DNA from: Pelomyxa schiedti
Taxonomy: Eukaryota > Protista > Evosea
DNA: 64,000 bases
Direction of reading: 5' to 3'
Assembly (NCBI GenBank): GCA_020536535.1
Contig: JAHLWZ010000185.1
Span: forward strand, 1 to 64,000
Position 1 is the stretch's first letter, and every line of letters begins with the position of its first letter. The notes beneath the pieces were generated by a model, which had not been told where the DNA came from, ran no database searches, and saw nothing but the letters and a program-made list of their open reading frames with translations. A program made the position numbers and the translations under genes. Of the stretch, positions 49,653-63,517 are shown in pieces.

Positions 49653-49782
49653 GCACCTCCCCCTACGACGAGGACCTGGATTTTCCCGCGTAGGGCAGTC
49701 CTTCTGGTGTGTAGGCACTTTGGCACAAGAAGCAACACCCGCGATGGATAGTCCAGTCCCAGTCTAGAATAGAAGAAGGTGC
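49653..49782. ncRNA. Candidate ~130-nt structured element in a divergent intergenic gap
   Basis: Closing helix 49653-60/49775-82, hairpin CCCTACG/CGTAGGG, second hairpin CTTCT/AGAAG; strand ambiguous. Confidence 0.35.
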
Positions 49783-49873
49783 CTTGTTTGAAAGAAGAGT
49801 GTTAGGTACATGTTTTGAGCAGAGGCGCCATGTTCCCATCTTAATTATGGGGGATTGGATCTACTTACTGGAA

Positions 49874-52104
49874 ATGGCGGGCAGTGCCGATCAGCGGGAG
49901 GTGACGTTGCGTGTGAAGCACTTGCCTGCGTCGCTGAGCGAGGAGTCGGTCAGGGAGTTGTTTTCGCATTATGGGGCAACGTCCGTTGCTTGTCTCCACG
50001 GCTCGGCGGTGTGTCTGCCTCTATCCTTGCACACACCCACGTTCCTCTTGTGGGATATCCTCGTTGCTGTTGGAACGAGTGCTTGATTGGTTGTTCGGCG
50101 GGTGCTGTCGTTTTGAAGTGGTTTTTTTTATATTGGTTGTTCAATTATGGGATTTAGACTGGACATGCAGTAGTCACGTTTGGGGACACTGACCAAGCCA
50201 CTCAAGTCATTGAAAAATTCAACAACGCCAAGTTGCTCGACAAAATCCTCGTCGTGGAACTCGACACGTCGACGCCAGACCCCAACACAAAACCTCGTAG
50301 TCACCATCCCAATAACAATGTTACCGCAACCGCCTCACCATCAAATAATGGGACCCAATCTCATCTGCAGCCTCAGCCTCAGTCACAATCTCAAAAACAA
50401 AGTTCTGTGTCCACATGTGCACTGCAGCAACCTGCGAAGAATTCGAATTCCAATGTGACTAGCGCTCCCACAATTCCTTCTTGCGTAGATACTGCACAGA
50501 GAGCCCGATCTGTTGGCGGTACACCAATTTGCTCCAACTTGGGGTGTGCAACTGCCACTTACTTGTTTTGATGTCTTTTCATTTGTTTTCCATGCCATGA
50601 ACTGGTGACATTTTCTTAGTTTTTTTTTCTACTTTTTGGACTGGTCTTTCAGTATCTTTGCACTGAAAAATTTTTTAACCCTAAGGTTAATGGCAGAATA
50701 AACTATCCTGCAAATCCAACTCTTGCTTACCGATATCCACCTCCAACTACAAACACTGTTATCAATATTGCCAGTGCAGTGAGCTAGATCTCTTTCCATT
50801 CTTTTTTTTTTTCTTCCACTATTTTAACCAGATACCAGATATGCTCCATTCCAATGCTTTACACACAAGTTCTCAACCTGATGAACAAGATGAACCTACC
50901 CCCTCCTTTTGGGGAACTTGTGACCCCACACCCCCTACTGCAGCCTGCATTACAACCAAAGTGGAAAAGTCACCCTGCTTCCTCTGCAGTCGGAGCAGGG
51001 CACAAACACTTCTCCAGTAGCTCTGAATCAGATTCTGACACCCAAGAGGATGCACCTGCACAAAGAGGTCCCAAAAGGTCTTTTCCCATTCCACCCAAAA
51101 ATCTGACAATTTTTCTTATCTTTTTTAGGCTAAGAATTTCCTCTGTGAAACCAGCAGTTCCCAAAAAAGAAACAATTAAAATAGTGGAAAAACCAAGAGT
51201 ACGTCAGCATAACAACCCACATAACTAACTGTGAGATAGGTAAAGACATCTGAAAGTGGACCAAAACCAGAGACACTATTTTTAAGGCAGTCACAGATTC
51301 CTGCACACCCATCACCTTCCCCAATTTGTATCACCCTTCCACAGTCCGGTTCTATTTATTCCGCCTCTACTCAAAGTCCTATGCCTATGTCTGTAACACA
51401 TATTGAACAAACAAAATCCGCCAATCTGCAATACACTCAAGCCAAAAGCGGACTTTCACAAGAGGTGGACGTTGGTCCTCTTCCTAAAGAATCTCCCCCA
51501 ACCACAACTAACGTAGCATCCACTGCAACACCAATTGTCACACTTACAACAACACCAACTACAGCAAACATACCACAGCCTGAAACAGCACTAGATTCCT
51601 CAGCTACTGCAGGAGACACTATATCTCTAGCACAAATCATTGCCGGAAAACTGACTTCTGCAGGTCAGCCCCAAGGTTGAGGGATTTGTATTAATCCTCC
51701 ACAGAATTCTCGGCACAATTTCCAAACCATCAAGCTGGTGCTCCTTCATCCAAATTATATCTAAAGAATCTTCACAAGAAATCAAATCGAGCCGACCTTA
51801 CCTTCGTATTTGGGCGCTATTTTCCCCCAGAAGAGAGAGTGTATGGTGTACACATCATTTCCCCGAGTCTCACGTATTTGTCTCTAAAAGGTTCCTGGAT
51901 ATCAATCTTCTACCAAGAGGGAAAAAATCCACAGCTTTCATCAGCTTTCCTTCTATCTCCAGTGCCTCGCAGGCTTTGACTGAGTGTCAAGGCTATAAAT
52001 TACATGACACCCCGATGTTGATTGTGAGACCCCAATCCAATCAACATTCCAATTCTCACAAAAAACAGGAATTCAGCAAGCAAGCACTCACACAACAGCC
52101 CTGA
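49874..52104 (+). CDS. RNPC3: U11/U12 snRNP 65K protein (two RRMs), minor spliceosome
   Basis: RRM1 TLRVKHLPASLS; conserved LAYRYPPP..NIASA..LYTQVLNLMNKMNLPPPF; RRM2 GAPSSKLYLKNL..FGRY..AFISFPS. An in-frame ATG also lies at 49848. Confidence 0.9.
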
Positions 52105-52188
52105 TCTATTTTCTACCAAAAGAAAGAGTAGCATAAAGCCAAATGGCGGAAAAATAAATGCATTTTTTAGTTATTGTGTTTCATAAGC

Positions 52189-53828
<1,640 letters not shown>

Positions 53829-54016
53829 GAACCGTTATTTTTCAACAAAATACAAAAGTCTAGGAAGGAGAAATGCACGGACTTTTCATCCCCCAAAAGG
53901 AACGTCTGACCGAAGGTTTTTGTTTGTGCAGTCTCTAGCTGAGAAAAGATCCGGGTGGCTTTGCTGAATCTCTTGCCGAGTCCTCGCTACCGAGAACACA
54001 CGACCAAATAGATCTA

Positions 54017-57000
54017 ATGTCTGCGACGGTGCCGCACAAGCGGCACCCCTCGCAAGCCATACAGCGCAACACAAAACTAGGTAGTGCGGCTCTGCCCATA
54101 GTCCCCACCGACGTACCAAAAAGGCGCAGGACCGCCGCCCAGCCACCCCCAAAGCCATCGACGCCCACGAGTGCTGCTGCTGCTACTACTACTAGTAGCA
54201 TATCGACAGTACACCGCGGGGTAGCAACCGCAACCAACAACACGATAAAAAACCCGAAGACCCCCCCGGCGAGGAAAAACCCTGTGCCGACAATTCGCCC
54301 GACAGCAGTGCACGACAACATGGCGGCCAACAACACCACCATGAAAAACACGACGACCCCGTCGACACCCGCGGCGAGGAAAAACCCTGTGACAACTCGC
54401 CCGGGGCCAGAATCAGCAACGCGTGCCACCGTTACATCTACTGCCCGCGAAGACGACGAGGACGAGGATGAGGGCGAGGAAGCGGGGCTGCCGGCCCCTA
54501 CCAAGACGGCGAAAACAGCCACTTCCCATAATACCCCCTACAGCAGCAGCGGCCACAAGCCGATGGGCACCAAGAACGTGGACCATAATCAAACTGGTCA
54601 CCACAAGGGTGCCATTCCCAAATCGTGTTCGTCAGGGAGCTCAGAACCCCTAAGTGCGCATGTAAATAAAGGCACTGAGACTGTCACAGAACCTGCACTG
54701 CAACAAACACCTCCCATTGTCCCAAATCCCACCCCCAAACAAAAAAGTGATACCTCCAAGGTTCCAACATGCCAGAAAAAATCGCCTGTGGCTCCGCTAT
54801 CCACGAAAAAGAAAAAACCAAAACCAACAACAACCCAGAATCATGGAAACACCGCACTTAACACTGGAAGGGCAATGGGAATATCGGACAAGTTCTCCCA
54901 ACAATCAATAACCACTTCTGTGTCACAACCAACAAAGTGCCCTTTCCAAGTGGGGGTTAAACCTAAAACACCTGAACCTTCAAGCCGGCAGATAAGTGCG
55001 AATGCAAGAGAAGCCAAAGCCAAAAGAACAAAAAAATCTGAACAAGGAGCAGAACTAAAAACTGCCAATCAAAGCCAGCCAATCCAAAGCTGTGGAAGTA
55101 GCTGCACAACACAAAATACTTCACGAAGTGTTCAATCAATAAGCTTTGTGGAAAATGGGAGAGGCACCCCACCATTGGAGGGAATGACAGAGGAAATGGT
55201 GCTGAGGTGCGTGGACGGGAATTTTCCTGTTCCACCTGACGCGACCGTCTTGGTTCCTCCTTATGCAACCAGTGTGGACCTCTCCACTTTTGAATGCAGG
55301 CAGGTTTTTAAGTGGTACTTGATGGCAATGAAGGTGACATTTCTGATGAACTCTACAATAAGGTACCTCCGCCCTTCACAGTCTCGATATTGACACCATT
55401 TAGGCCTGTACATGTTTGGTAAAACCGGCCTTAAACACATGTAAAAGATGGAGATCAAAAGCAGCAGCTGATGCGGCCAGGGCAGTTGCTGAAGCAAAGG
55501 CTAAAGCCATGGTTGCTGAAGCAAAGGCTAAAAAAGCCATGGAGGTTGCTGAAGCAAAGGCTAAAAGAGCCATGGAGGTTGCTGAAGCAAAGGCTAAAAG
55601 AGCCATGGAGGTTGCTGAAGCAAAGACTAAAGAAGCCACGGAGGCAAAGGCTAAAGCAGATGAGGCCAGGGCAGTTGCCGAAGCAAAGGCTAAAGCAGTT
55701 GCCGAAGCACAGGCTAAAGCAGCCATGGAGGCAAAGGCTCACACAAATATTGTTGTAAAACGTATGTTTTCATGAAGTTGAGAGTAGCAAATTTGATCAT
55801 CCTTTTTTTGCAGATAATCTTGATACCGTCAGCAAGGAGGCTATGAATGAACTTAGGCACTATTACATGACTGGGACAGGGATGGTTGGCTCCTGCAAAA
55901 TTCTGGTTGAGTTAGAAAAGACAATCAACTCTGTTCAAAAAGCCCCGTTTGGCCAAGGCATTGACAAACCCTTTATTATTCTGGATGGGTCATCTGGAAT
56001 GGGCAAGACGCAGCTGGCCTTCTCGTTGAAAGAAGATGTCATGTTTGTTTTTTACCCTCTCTTCTCTCATTTTCCTGGTGCTGGAGGCCTTCTTGCTTGC
56101 TGACTCTGAGTAGATACCTTGTTTATAGTGGTGAGAACCAGGATATATACAAGTGCTTTTCACATTTATCAAGTGCATTCAGGCAGTCCGTTCTCAGAGA
56201 CTCTGGGCATCTTAAGCAGATCGATATGTTACCATATTGCCATTTCTTGTTTTCTGAACAGGAATTGTTGTGGACCACAGCTTTCTTTGATTGGTGCTTT
56301 GGAGAACAGTGGGACCCAAGTACCAAGAAATGCAGGATGAAAAATACCCCACATTTCAATTCATCAGACCCAGACAGCAGCAACACAGAGGAGCAATACC
56401 CACGGAGACTCCCATATAGCCTTTTGGGAAGGATTAACCACCAAATCACAGGTCCAATGACCAATAGTCACTTTTTGGAAAAGTGGTCGTGGTTACCAAG
56501 AAAGCCTGTTATTTTTATAGACGAGATGCCAGGACAAAATAAGAAGGAAGAACTTGAGTTTATGAGAAATCTGTGCCGAGCTTTGGGCCTCGCTGTTATT
56601 TTGTCTGGCACAAACTCCAGAGCGGTAAATATGCTCAATACTGACTCGTCACGAATTGAGTCTACCCCTTATCTGTGGTGCCATTTGTTCCCAAGGCCTT
56701 CACCTCCGACAGTGACGTCATTGAAAGCATCAAGGGTGCCAAAATATGATCAAATTCTGGCCAAGTGCAACGAAATTGACCCAAGACTTGCCGATTTCGT
56801 CAGGAAGTGCTGCGTCACCTGCAGAGGGTTATTTGTCCTTGCCATGTTGCGTCATTTGGAAGTGACACTTCTGGCTGCACACCCTCAAGGCATATTATCG
56901 CCACTGGAGGTACTGGATGACCTCATGGCAGCGATGCAAGGCACAGTGCTGCAGAAGAAGAACTCCATTTACACAACCCAAGTTGGTCGTTCTGGACAGG

Positions 57001-58144
57001 TGTTGATGTATTTCTCTGGGATCAAATGTGCCTCAGAGGTTATCTCCAAACACTTTGCGTACCTGTATCTTAAAAGGAAGGATGCTGCCGAAGAAGAGAG
57101 TGGCCTTGAATTGCGCTTCTGGCGTAAGGATGGCACCGTTGTGGAAGAGTCGCACAAGGACTTTCCTTTGGATAACACTAAGTTTTGTGGAAACATATAT
57201 CCACACCCGTACTCCTTCTTCCCCACAATTAAATGCGAACCGCTTCTATTCCTGTCACTCTGCGCGAATTACAAATGTAAGTTCAGCTTCTTGAATGAAA
57301 ACAGGGAAGGAATTCCTCTTTGCCAGGCTTGGCTGAATCGTGACTTGCTTGCTCAAATTCAGATACATGTAAAAACCCAGACTGAGAGGAGCACAAAGAG
57401 CGATGGCTCGATACTGGAGCAGTACGCCGGAGTTGCCATTGCCGCAGCCTCGCATCGTGGTGGCCTGCAGGGCCAAAAGGTTCTTCCTTTTCTCACAGCT
57501 TTGGTTTACCACCTCTATGGGAGTCGTTGCTCTGTCCAATTTGAGCGACTAGTCAATAAAAGGTCAATAATACCCAAAAGCATGCAAGACATGAAGATAC
57601 CTTTCCTGTCACCAACTGATGATATATTCCCACCATCATTGAAAGCGATTCCCGGTGTGAACGTGGTTGAACTGGTGAGAACAGACGATCAATCTCAAAT
57701 TGACATGAAAGCTGGCAGCTGCCTGATCGTTGAAGCCAAGGACCACAAAAAGTTCAGGGCCTCTGATGTTGAAACAGTGTTACGCAAATTCAATCGCCAT
57801 GCAACAGCGGAGCCACAACTCTGTTTGATATTCCAGAAGGTGATGAACAAGGACCCGTATGTACTGCACACAACAGGGCCTATTTACCAGTTCCGGGTTG
57901 AACAGACAGAAGGGATCGAGGATCTCAGGTGCCTGACACCTACTAAGTATGGGTGTGGAAAAAAACCCTCGAATAAACAAGGTTCGCAAACCCAAGCAGC
58001 ACCTCAAGCAAGGATCCTGACATCAAAATAAATGGCCTGTGCATCATTTTCGAAGTTGGGAATGTCAACCCTCCAAACCCCCCAGGATGCTCAGAAGTGA
58101 GTGGCTACTTTGAGAACCTCGTGATCATCCCTGAAAACACTTAA
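54017..58144 (+). CDS. Crinkler/RHS-type effector-like protein: low-complexity N-terminus + coiled-coil repeats + P-loop NTPase + PD-(D/E)xK-like domain
   Basis: FIILDGSSGMGKTQLAF, VIFIDE, FMRNLCRALGL..LSGTN; C-terminal ID....IVEAKD. A last intron is inferred (otherwise it stops at 58031). Confidence 0.75.
55470..55740 (+). repeat. Coding tandem repeats (~33 bp, AMEVAEAKAKR-type)
   Basis: GCCATGGAGGTTGCTGAAGCAAAGGCTAAAAGA and variants, about 8 imperfect units. Confidence 0.9.
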
Positions 58145-58381
58145 TGACTACAAAAAAATGCATTTTGATGAATCAGAGTGTTGTTCTTAGTGACGGAGTG
58201 GGTGGAAAAATCTGCTCTTTTTTGATTTAGCAGGCCCAAAGGGTGGACCATAAAATGTGCTTGGTCCTGCGCGACGATAACGAAAAAGACAGCCTTCTGG
58301 TGGGTTGATTATTTGGCTGAATAAAATAATCCACAGAGCGGAACGCTGAACTTTTCGTTAATTGTTTCCTTCTCCGTGGTT

Positions 58382-61300
58382 ATGATGCATGCGAACGGAC
58401 TGGTTTTTTGTGTGAACGGGGAGGTGGTGAGACCTGTGTGTTCATGCAGTCATCACGTGCCTTCATTGGCTGACTTTTTGAGGGGGTCTCTTCTTCTCAC
58501 TGGCACAAAAGTTGCCTGCAACAAGGCCGAGTGCGACCTCTTCTTCTTTTCCAATTTTTAATTTACTTTCTCATTCACTTGTCACAGGTGTGGGGCATGT
58601 TCTGTTGTGGTGTCGAGGTGGGACCATTGCTCGGCCAGGGCAAGACATTGTGTGGTCAATTCATGTGCCATTCCTCTGCCGTTGATCCACGGGTGCAATG
58701 TCACAACCGTTGAACACCTCGCTCCTGACAGGAAGCATTTGCATGCAATCCAAGAACTGTTGATCAACAATCATGGTTATTCCATCTTCTTCCTCCTCCT
58801 CCTCCGTGCTGGAACTATGACTGATCGTTTGCTGTGTTGGCTGTTCCCAGTCTGGGACTGACTTTTTTTTTCCCTCCCAGGAATACAGTGTGGCTACTGC
58901 ACTCCTGGAATTGTGATGTCACTGTATGGGGCAGCAATTGGTCAACGATGCTCAAATGTCAGTTTTTTTTTCTGTTTTTTTTGTCCATTTGTAACTTCCA
59001 AGCAGGATGTTGAGAACCTGACGGTCAATAAGGTTCACAGAGTGGACAACATCTGTCGTTGCACGGGATATCAACCAATACTCAAAACAGAGGCACAGGT
59101 CTTCTCCCAAGAGGGCATTCAACCTCCTGCCTTTCCGGCACAATTAATTCCCCAGAGCAGAGAATTGACAAGAGTTCACTACGGTGAAGGAGAATGGTAC
59201 TGAGTGAGTTTTGCCTGTTCTTTTGCCTCCTTCGTTACATCTCTTTTTGAAGGATTTCCCCTTTCACTCTGGAAGATTTTTTAAATGAGTTATCCAGTCA
59301 TCCGACAGCTCTCATTATTGGTGGTGGGACCAATTACTTCCGAAAAATGTACAGTGGTGGGCCAATTACAACTGTCATCCACACTCACAACGTTTGTGAA
59401 ATGTGTTCACTTCAGTTTGATGAAAAAGAGGTTTCTCTCCACTTCAATAAGAAGTACGTTCCCTAATTTTATTTTCCAATACAGGGCCTTTCAATTGGTG
59501 CAGCAGTGACAATTACTTGTTTGGCTGAATTTTTACACAAAAGTTGCAGCTCACTTAGATTTTGGAAAAAGCAGAGTGTGGAAGAAATCATCACATTCCT
59601 TACAGGAATAAGGAGTCAACAATTTCGCAATGCCTCAACAATTGGTGGATCTCTCGTACAAAATTACAGACAGTCATGTTTTTCTTCCCTTTTCCTCATC
59701 TTGGGTGAGAACAAAATCTCCCACCGAAGTTCCTTTTTCAAAATCACCACAATCAGGAGCTGAAGTGACAGTTGTTTCTCCCGGAAAGGACATCAGAGTT
59801 TTACAACTTGACACTTCCCAAACACTTGACCTCACTTTGGCACCACTTGAGACCCTTCTGAAGATATATGTTCCGGCTTTCTCTGGTTATTTACGCACAT
59901 TTTCTCAACCAAAACCCGTTGCTACCATGGCAGTTGCTGTCACATTATCACTTGACACAAATTCAAGTATAGTCTTACCTTCCTATATAAAGAGTAAGTA
60001 ACCTCTTTTTTTAGTTTCTCAATGCTCAGTTGCTTTTACTGGATTAAGTCCCCTCCCTTCCAAATCCAGCACCCTTAACAAGACACTTGTTGGGCAGCAC
60101 TTTACAAATGAAGCAATCCAAGAGTGTTTGGGTGGTCTAGAAACAGTGAGTCAAAAGTCACAACAGACACAGCATTAACACCCTTTTGTAGGATTTTCCT
60201 GGAATACCCCAACAGTACCTCGTTTTTGCCCGGAATTCTTTGTTACAAGCAGTGTCTTATTCTAAAGGAACGAGCAAATTGCACAACCTGAATTCGATTC
60301 GGACTTTTACATCTGTTGGGACAGCACCTATGGGAAGAGAATTGCCTCTGACAGCGTCTCCTTCCTTGGTCATGGGTCTTGCAAGATTTGTTGACGATTT
60401 ACCGGAAATTGTATGAAAGCAATGCTCTCTAAATCCTCCTGTGACGACTCATAGAGTGGAACCCTGCACGGGGCCTATGTCTTGGCAAAAACGGCCAATG
60501 CATTTATTTCAGGGATTAACACAACGAAGGCTCAAAATGTTGCTGGGTTAACAACAGGATAGTTGGAAGTGTCATTGGAACTTATGATTGACGTAGGTTT
60601 TTTGGGATTGTATATTTCGAAGATATTCCCAACAAGTTGCATTCTAAAGTTTTCTTCTCTTCCAGTCCTTAAAAACCTAATTGTTGACCAGATATTCGCT
60701 CAAAACGCTGTTGAATATGTGGGCCAACCAATTGCCCTTGTCCTGGCGTCTACTCGGCACCAAGCCCGATGTGCCTCTCAAGCAGTTGAAGTGCAGTACC
60801 GGAACGTATCCCCCGCTGTGTTGACCTTTCCACAGGTACTCACACTCCCTTGAAACACTTACGAAGTATTTTTATTTCCACCTCCGAAAAAAAAAAGGCT
60901 TTGCAAAAAAGGGCTTTTCTTGGTGAATCCTTAAGAATATCCAACATGAAAGGAGAGGAACCACCACCTTCTCAGCACGTAATTGAAGGTTTCCCTTTTG
61001 TTTAATTCCGCTGACAGCAAGTCAGGAACTGTCGAGTTGGGGTCACAGGCGCACTTCTACATGGAGACCCACAGAGCATATGCTGTCCCTAGTGGAGATG
61101 ATTCCATTACAATCTATTCCAGTTCCATGGCTCCCACTGATGTACAAGCTGTAATAAGCACAAGTCTCAATCTTGAATCCAATCAGGTATGAAGTTGGAA
61201 TCAAGAAGAAAGGAGCCAGTGGCTGTGGTCATATCAATTCACCAGAACAACAGGTCATTGTAAAAGTACCTCATATTGGAGGAAATTTTGGAGGAAAGGG

Positions 61301-63486
61301 GTTTCGCTCTGCGCTGGTGGCGGCCGCAGCAGCTGTAGCAGCAAACAAGACTCATCGTCCCGTGAAGCTCGTACTTGAAAGAGAGGAAGACATGTTAGTT
61401 GCCGGGAAAAGAGTTCCGTATTATATACACTATCAGGCGGGATTCTTGGATTCTGGCAAAATGGTATTCCTCACTCTCGACTATATGGCAAATGGGTACC
61501 TTCCGAACGAATTCATTTTACCGGCAGTAAACCTCGAAAAATAGGGGCAGTTTTGATGATGCAGGTTCAATGATACTGAAGAAGTCGATGCAACATGCAG
61601 AAAACGTCTATGACATTTTAAGCTTTCAAGTACCCCCTATTCATTTCACACATTTTTCACAACTTCTCCAGGTGAATGGAATCCTGTACAAGACCAATAC
61701 GGCCCCAAATACGGCTTTTCGCGGTACAAAAAATAAGTATTTCACTTTCCTTTCTTATTGCCAGACAGGTTTTGGCACTCCACAGGCGCTGTTTGCAACC
61801 GGTAAGTCCTCCAACTTCTACTTTTAAACCGTTAGGCACGCATTTTTTTGTTAGAGCAAACCATCGAGAGAATTGCTGCTTTTCTTGGAAAGCCATCAAG
61901 TGATGTGAGGAAACTGAACTTTTACCAGGTACTTCTTTTTCAGTTGACGTGCTTTTTTTTGTTCACAAAGAACCCCAGGATGGGGCGATCTCTCCATATG
62001 GACAACAGTTGGGAGATGTGCATATGGAGAGAATGTGGGAAGAGCTCTTCCAAGTTGCTCACATCGCGGAACGAATTGCGGCTCTCAAGCAATTCAATCT
62101 GGATAATCAATCCCTCAAAAAAGGTGCCTCCACTCCTTCCTGGGTCCAGTTTCATTTTTTCAACAGGAATTTCGGTCATTCCTTCAAAATATGGAATCGG
62201 CAGTGGTTGCACCATGATGGCTCAGGTAAGCTTTTCCCTCACTTGTCATGTGCTCATTGTCATCCGTTTTTTATGTGCTGCGAAGGCAACAGCTCTTGTG
62301 TCGATTTACGCCATTGATGGAAGCATCACCATTTACATTGGGGGGGTGGAACAAGGCCAAGGCCTTCATACGAAAATCACTCAGATTGCTGCTGCTGAAC
62401 TTGGTGCCCCAATTCAGAAGGTGTGGTAACCTCCTTTCCTTGAACTTGCCACCTACTCGCCACAAAGGTAACCGTCGCACAAGCAACCACTGAGTGCACC
62501 CCCAATGCGGGTGCCAGCACATCATCCCAACAGACGGACATCAACGGGATGGCTGTGTTGGATGCTTGCAGGCAGATCAACTCGAGGTTCTTTTTCATTT
62601 CGAAGTTGCCAACATATTAACTCCATTAAACAGACTCCTTCCCATAAAAAACATTGTGTCCCCTAAGACTTCACAGATGGAATACTGGCAATCTCTGATT
62701 CACACAGCTCATTCTCTGCGCGTGGACCTTTCAGCTCATGGTCACTATGCCACTCCTGGGCTTCATTTCAATTGGGATACAGGGTTCTTCTTCATCTCCC
62801 TTTTTTTTAATTGTAAGTACCACGCTTTAGCAAAGGTACGCCATTCCACTATTACACGTGGGGCATCGCCGCTGCAGAGGTGGAGGTGAATGTCATGACA
62901 GGAGAATACAGTATCTTTCTTCTTCCTCTTTTTTAAAAGTTGTTCATCTTTCCAGTTCCACTGCAAGTGGACGTAATGATGGATGTTGGAAATAGCATCA
63001 ATCCAGCCATTGATGTTGGTCAGATAGAAGGCGGGTTCGTACAAGGTGAGCAAATAAAGAAAATCAACAGAAATCTGCAACTAATGCTCCCAAAGGAATG
63101 GGGATGTTTACGATGGAAGAACTTTCATGGGATAAAAGCACAGGGGCTCTGCAGAACACAAACCTGCACAACTATACAATACCAAGGGCAAAGGATACAC
63201 CCAGAATGTTCAACACCCATTTTTACCAAAAGAACCCGAACTCCAAACTGGCATCATTGAATTCCTCAAGAGGCATAGGGGAGCCCACTCTTTTCCTTGG
63301 CAGCTCCGTCTTGTTTGCCCTTCAAAGTATCATTCCGAATTCCCTATTTGCGTCGAGGCTAACACCCAAACTCTTTTGCAAAAAGATGCCACCAATGATT
63401 ACCGTAAGTCACAAGGAAGAACACCTGTTTTTTTCAATTCTCCCACAACCAGGGAAAAGCTTCTTCAGGCTCTTTCAGAGCCGTAA
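58382..63486 (+). CDS. Xanthine dehydrogenase/aldehyde oxidase-family molybdo-flavoenzyme, >20 introns
   Basis: 2Fe-2S motifs [17 protein letters not shown] and CRCTGY; FAD segment [10 protein letters not shown]; Moco domain [40 protein letters not shown] and GIGEP. Confidence 0.92.
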
Positions 63487-63517
63487 ATACAAAAAATAAA
63501 TAAACAGGAATTTTTTT

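Noticed and set aside
58382-63486. Frequent stops and frame changes suggesting a pseudogene or alternative genetic code
   Set aside because: Every break I checked resolves with a short GT-AG intron; genes end in TAA, TAG and TGA under the standard code.
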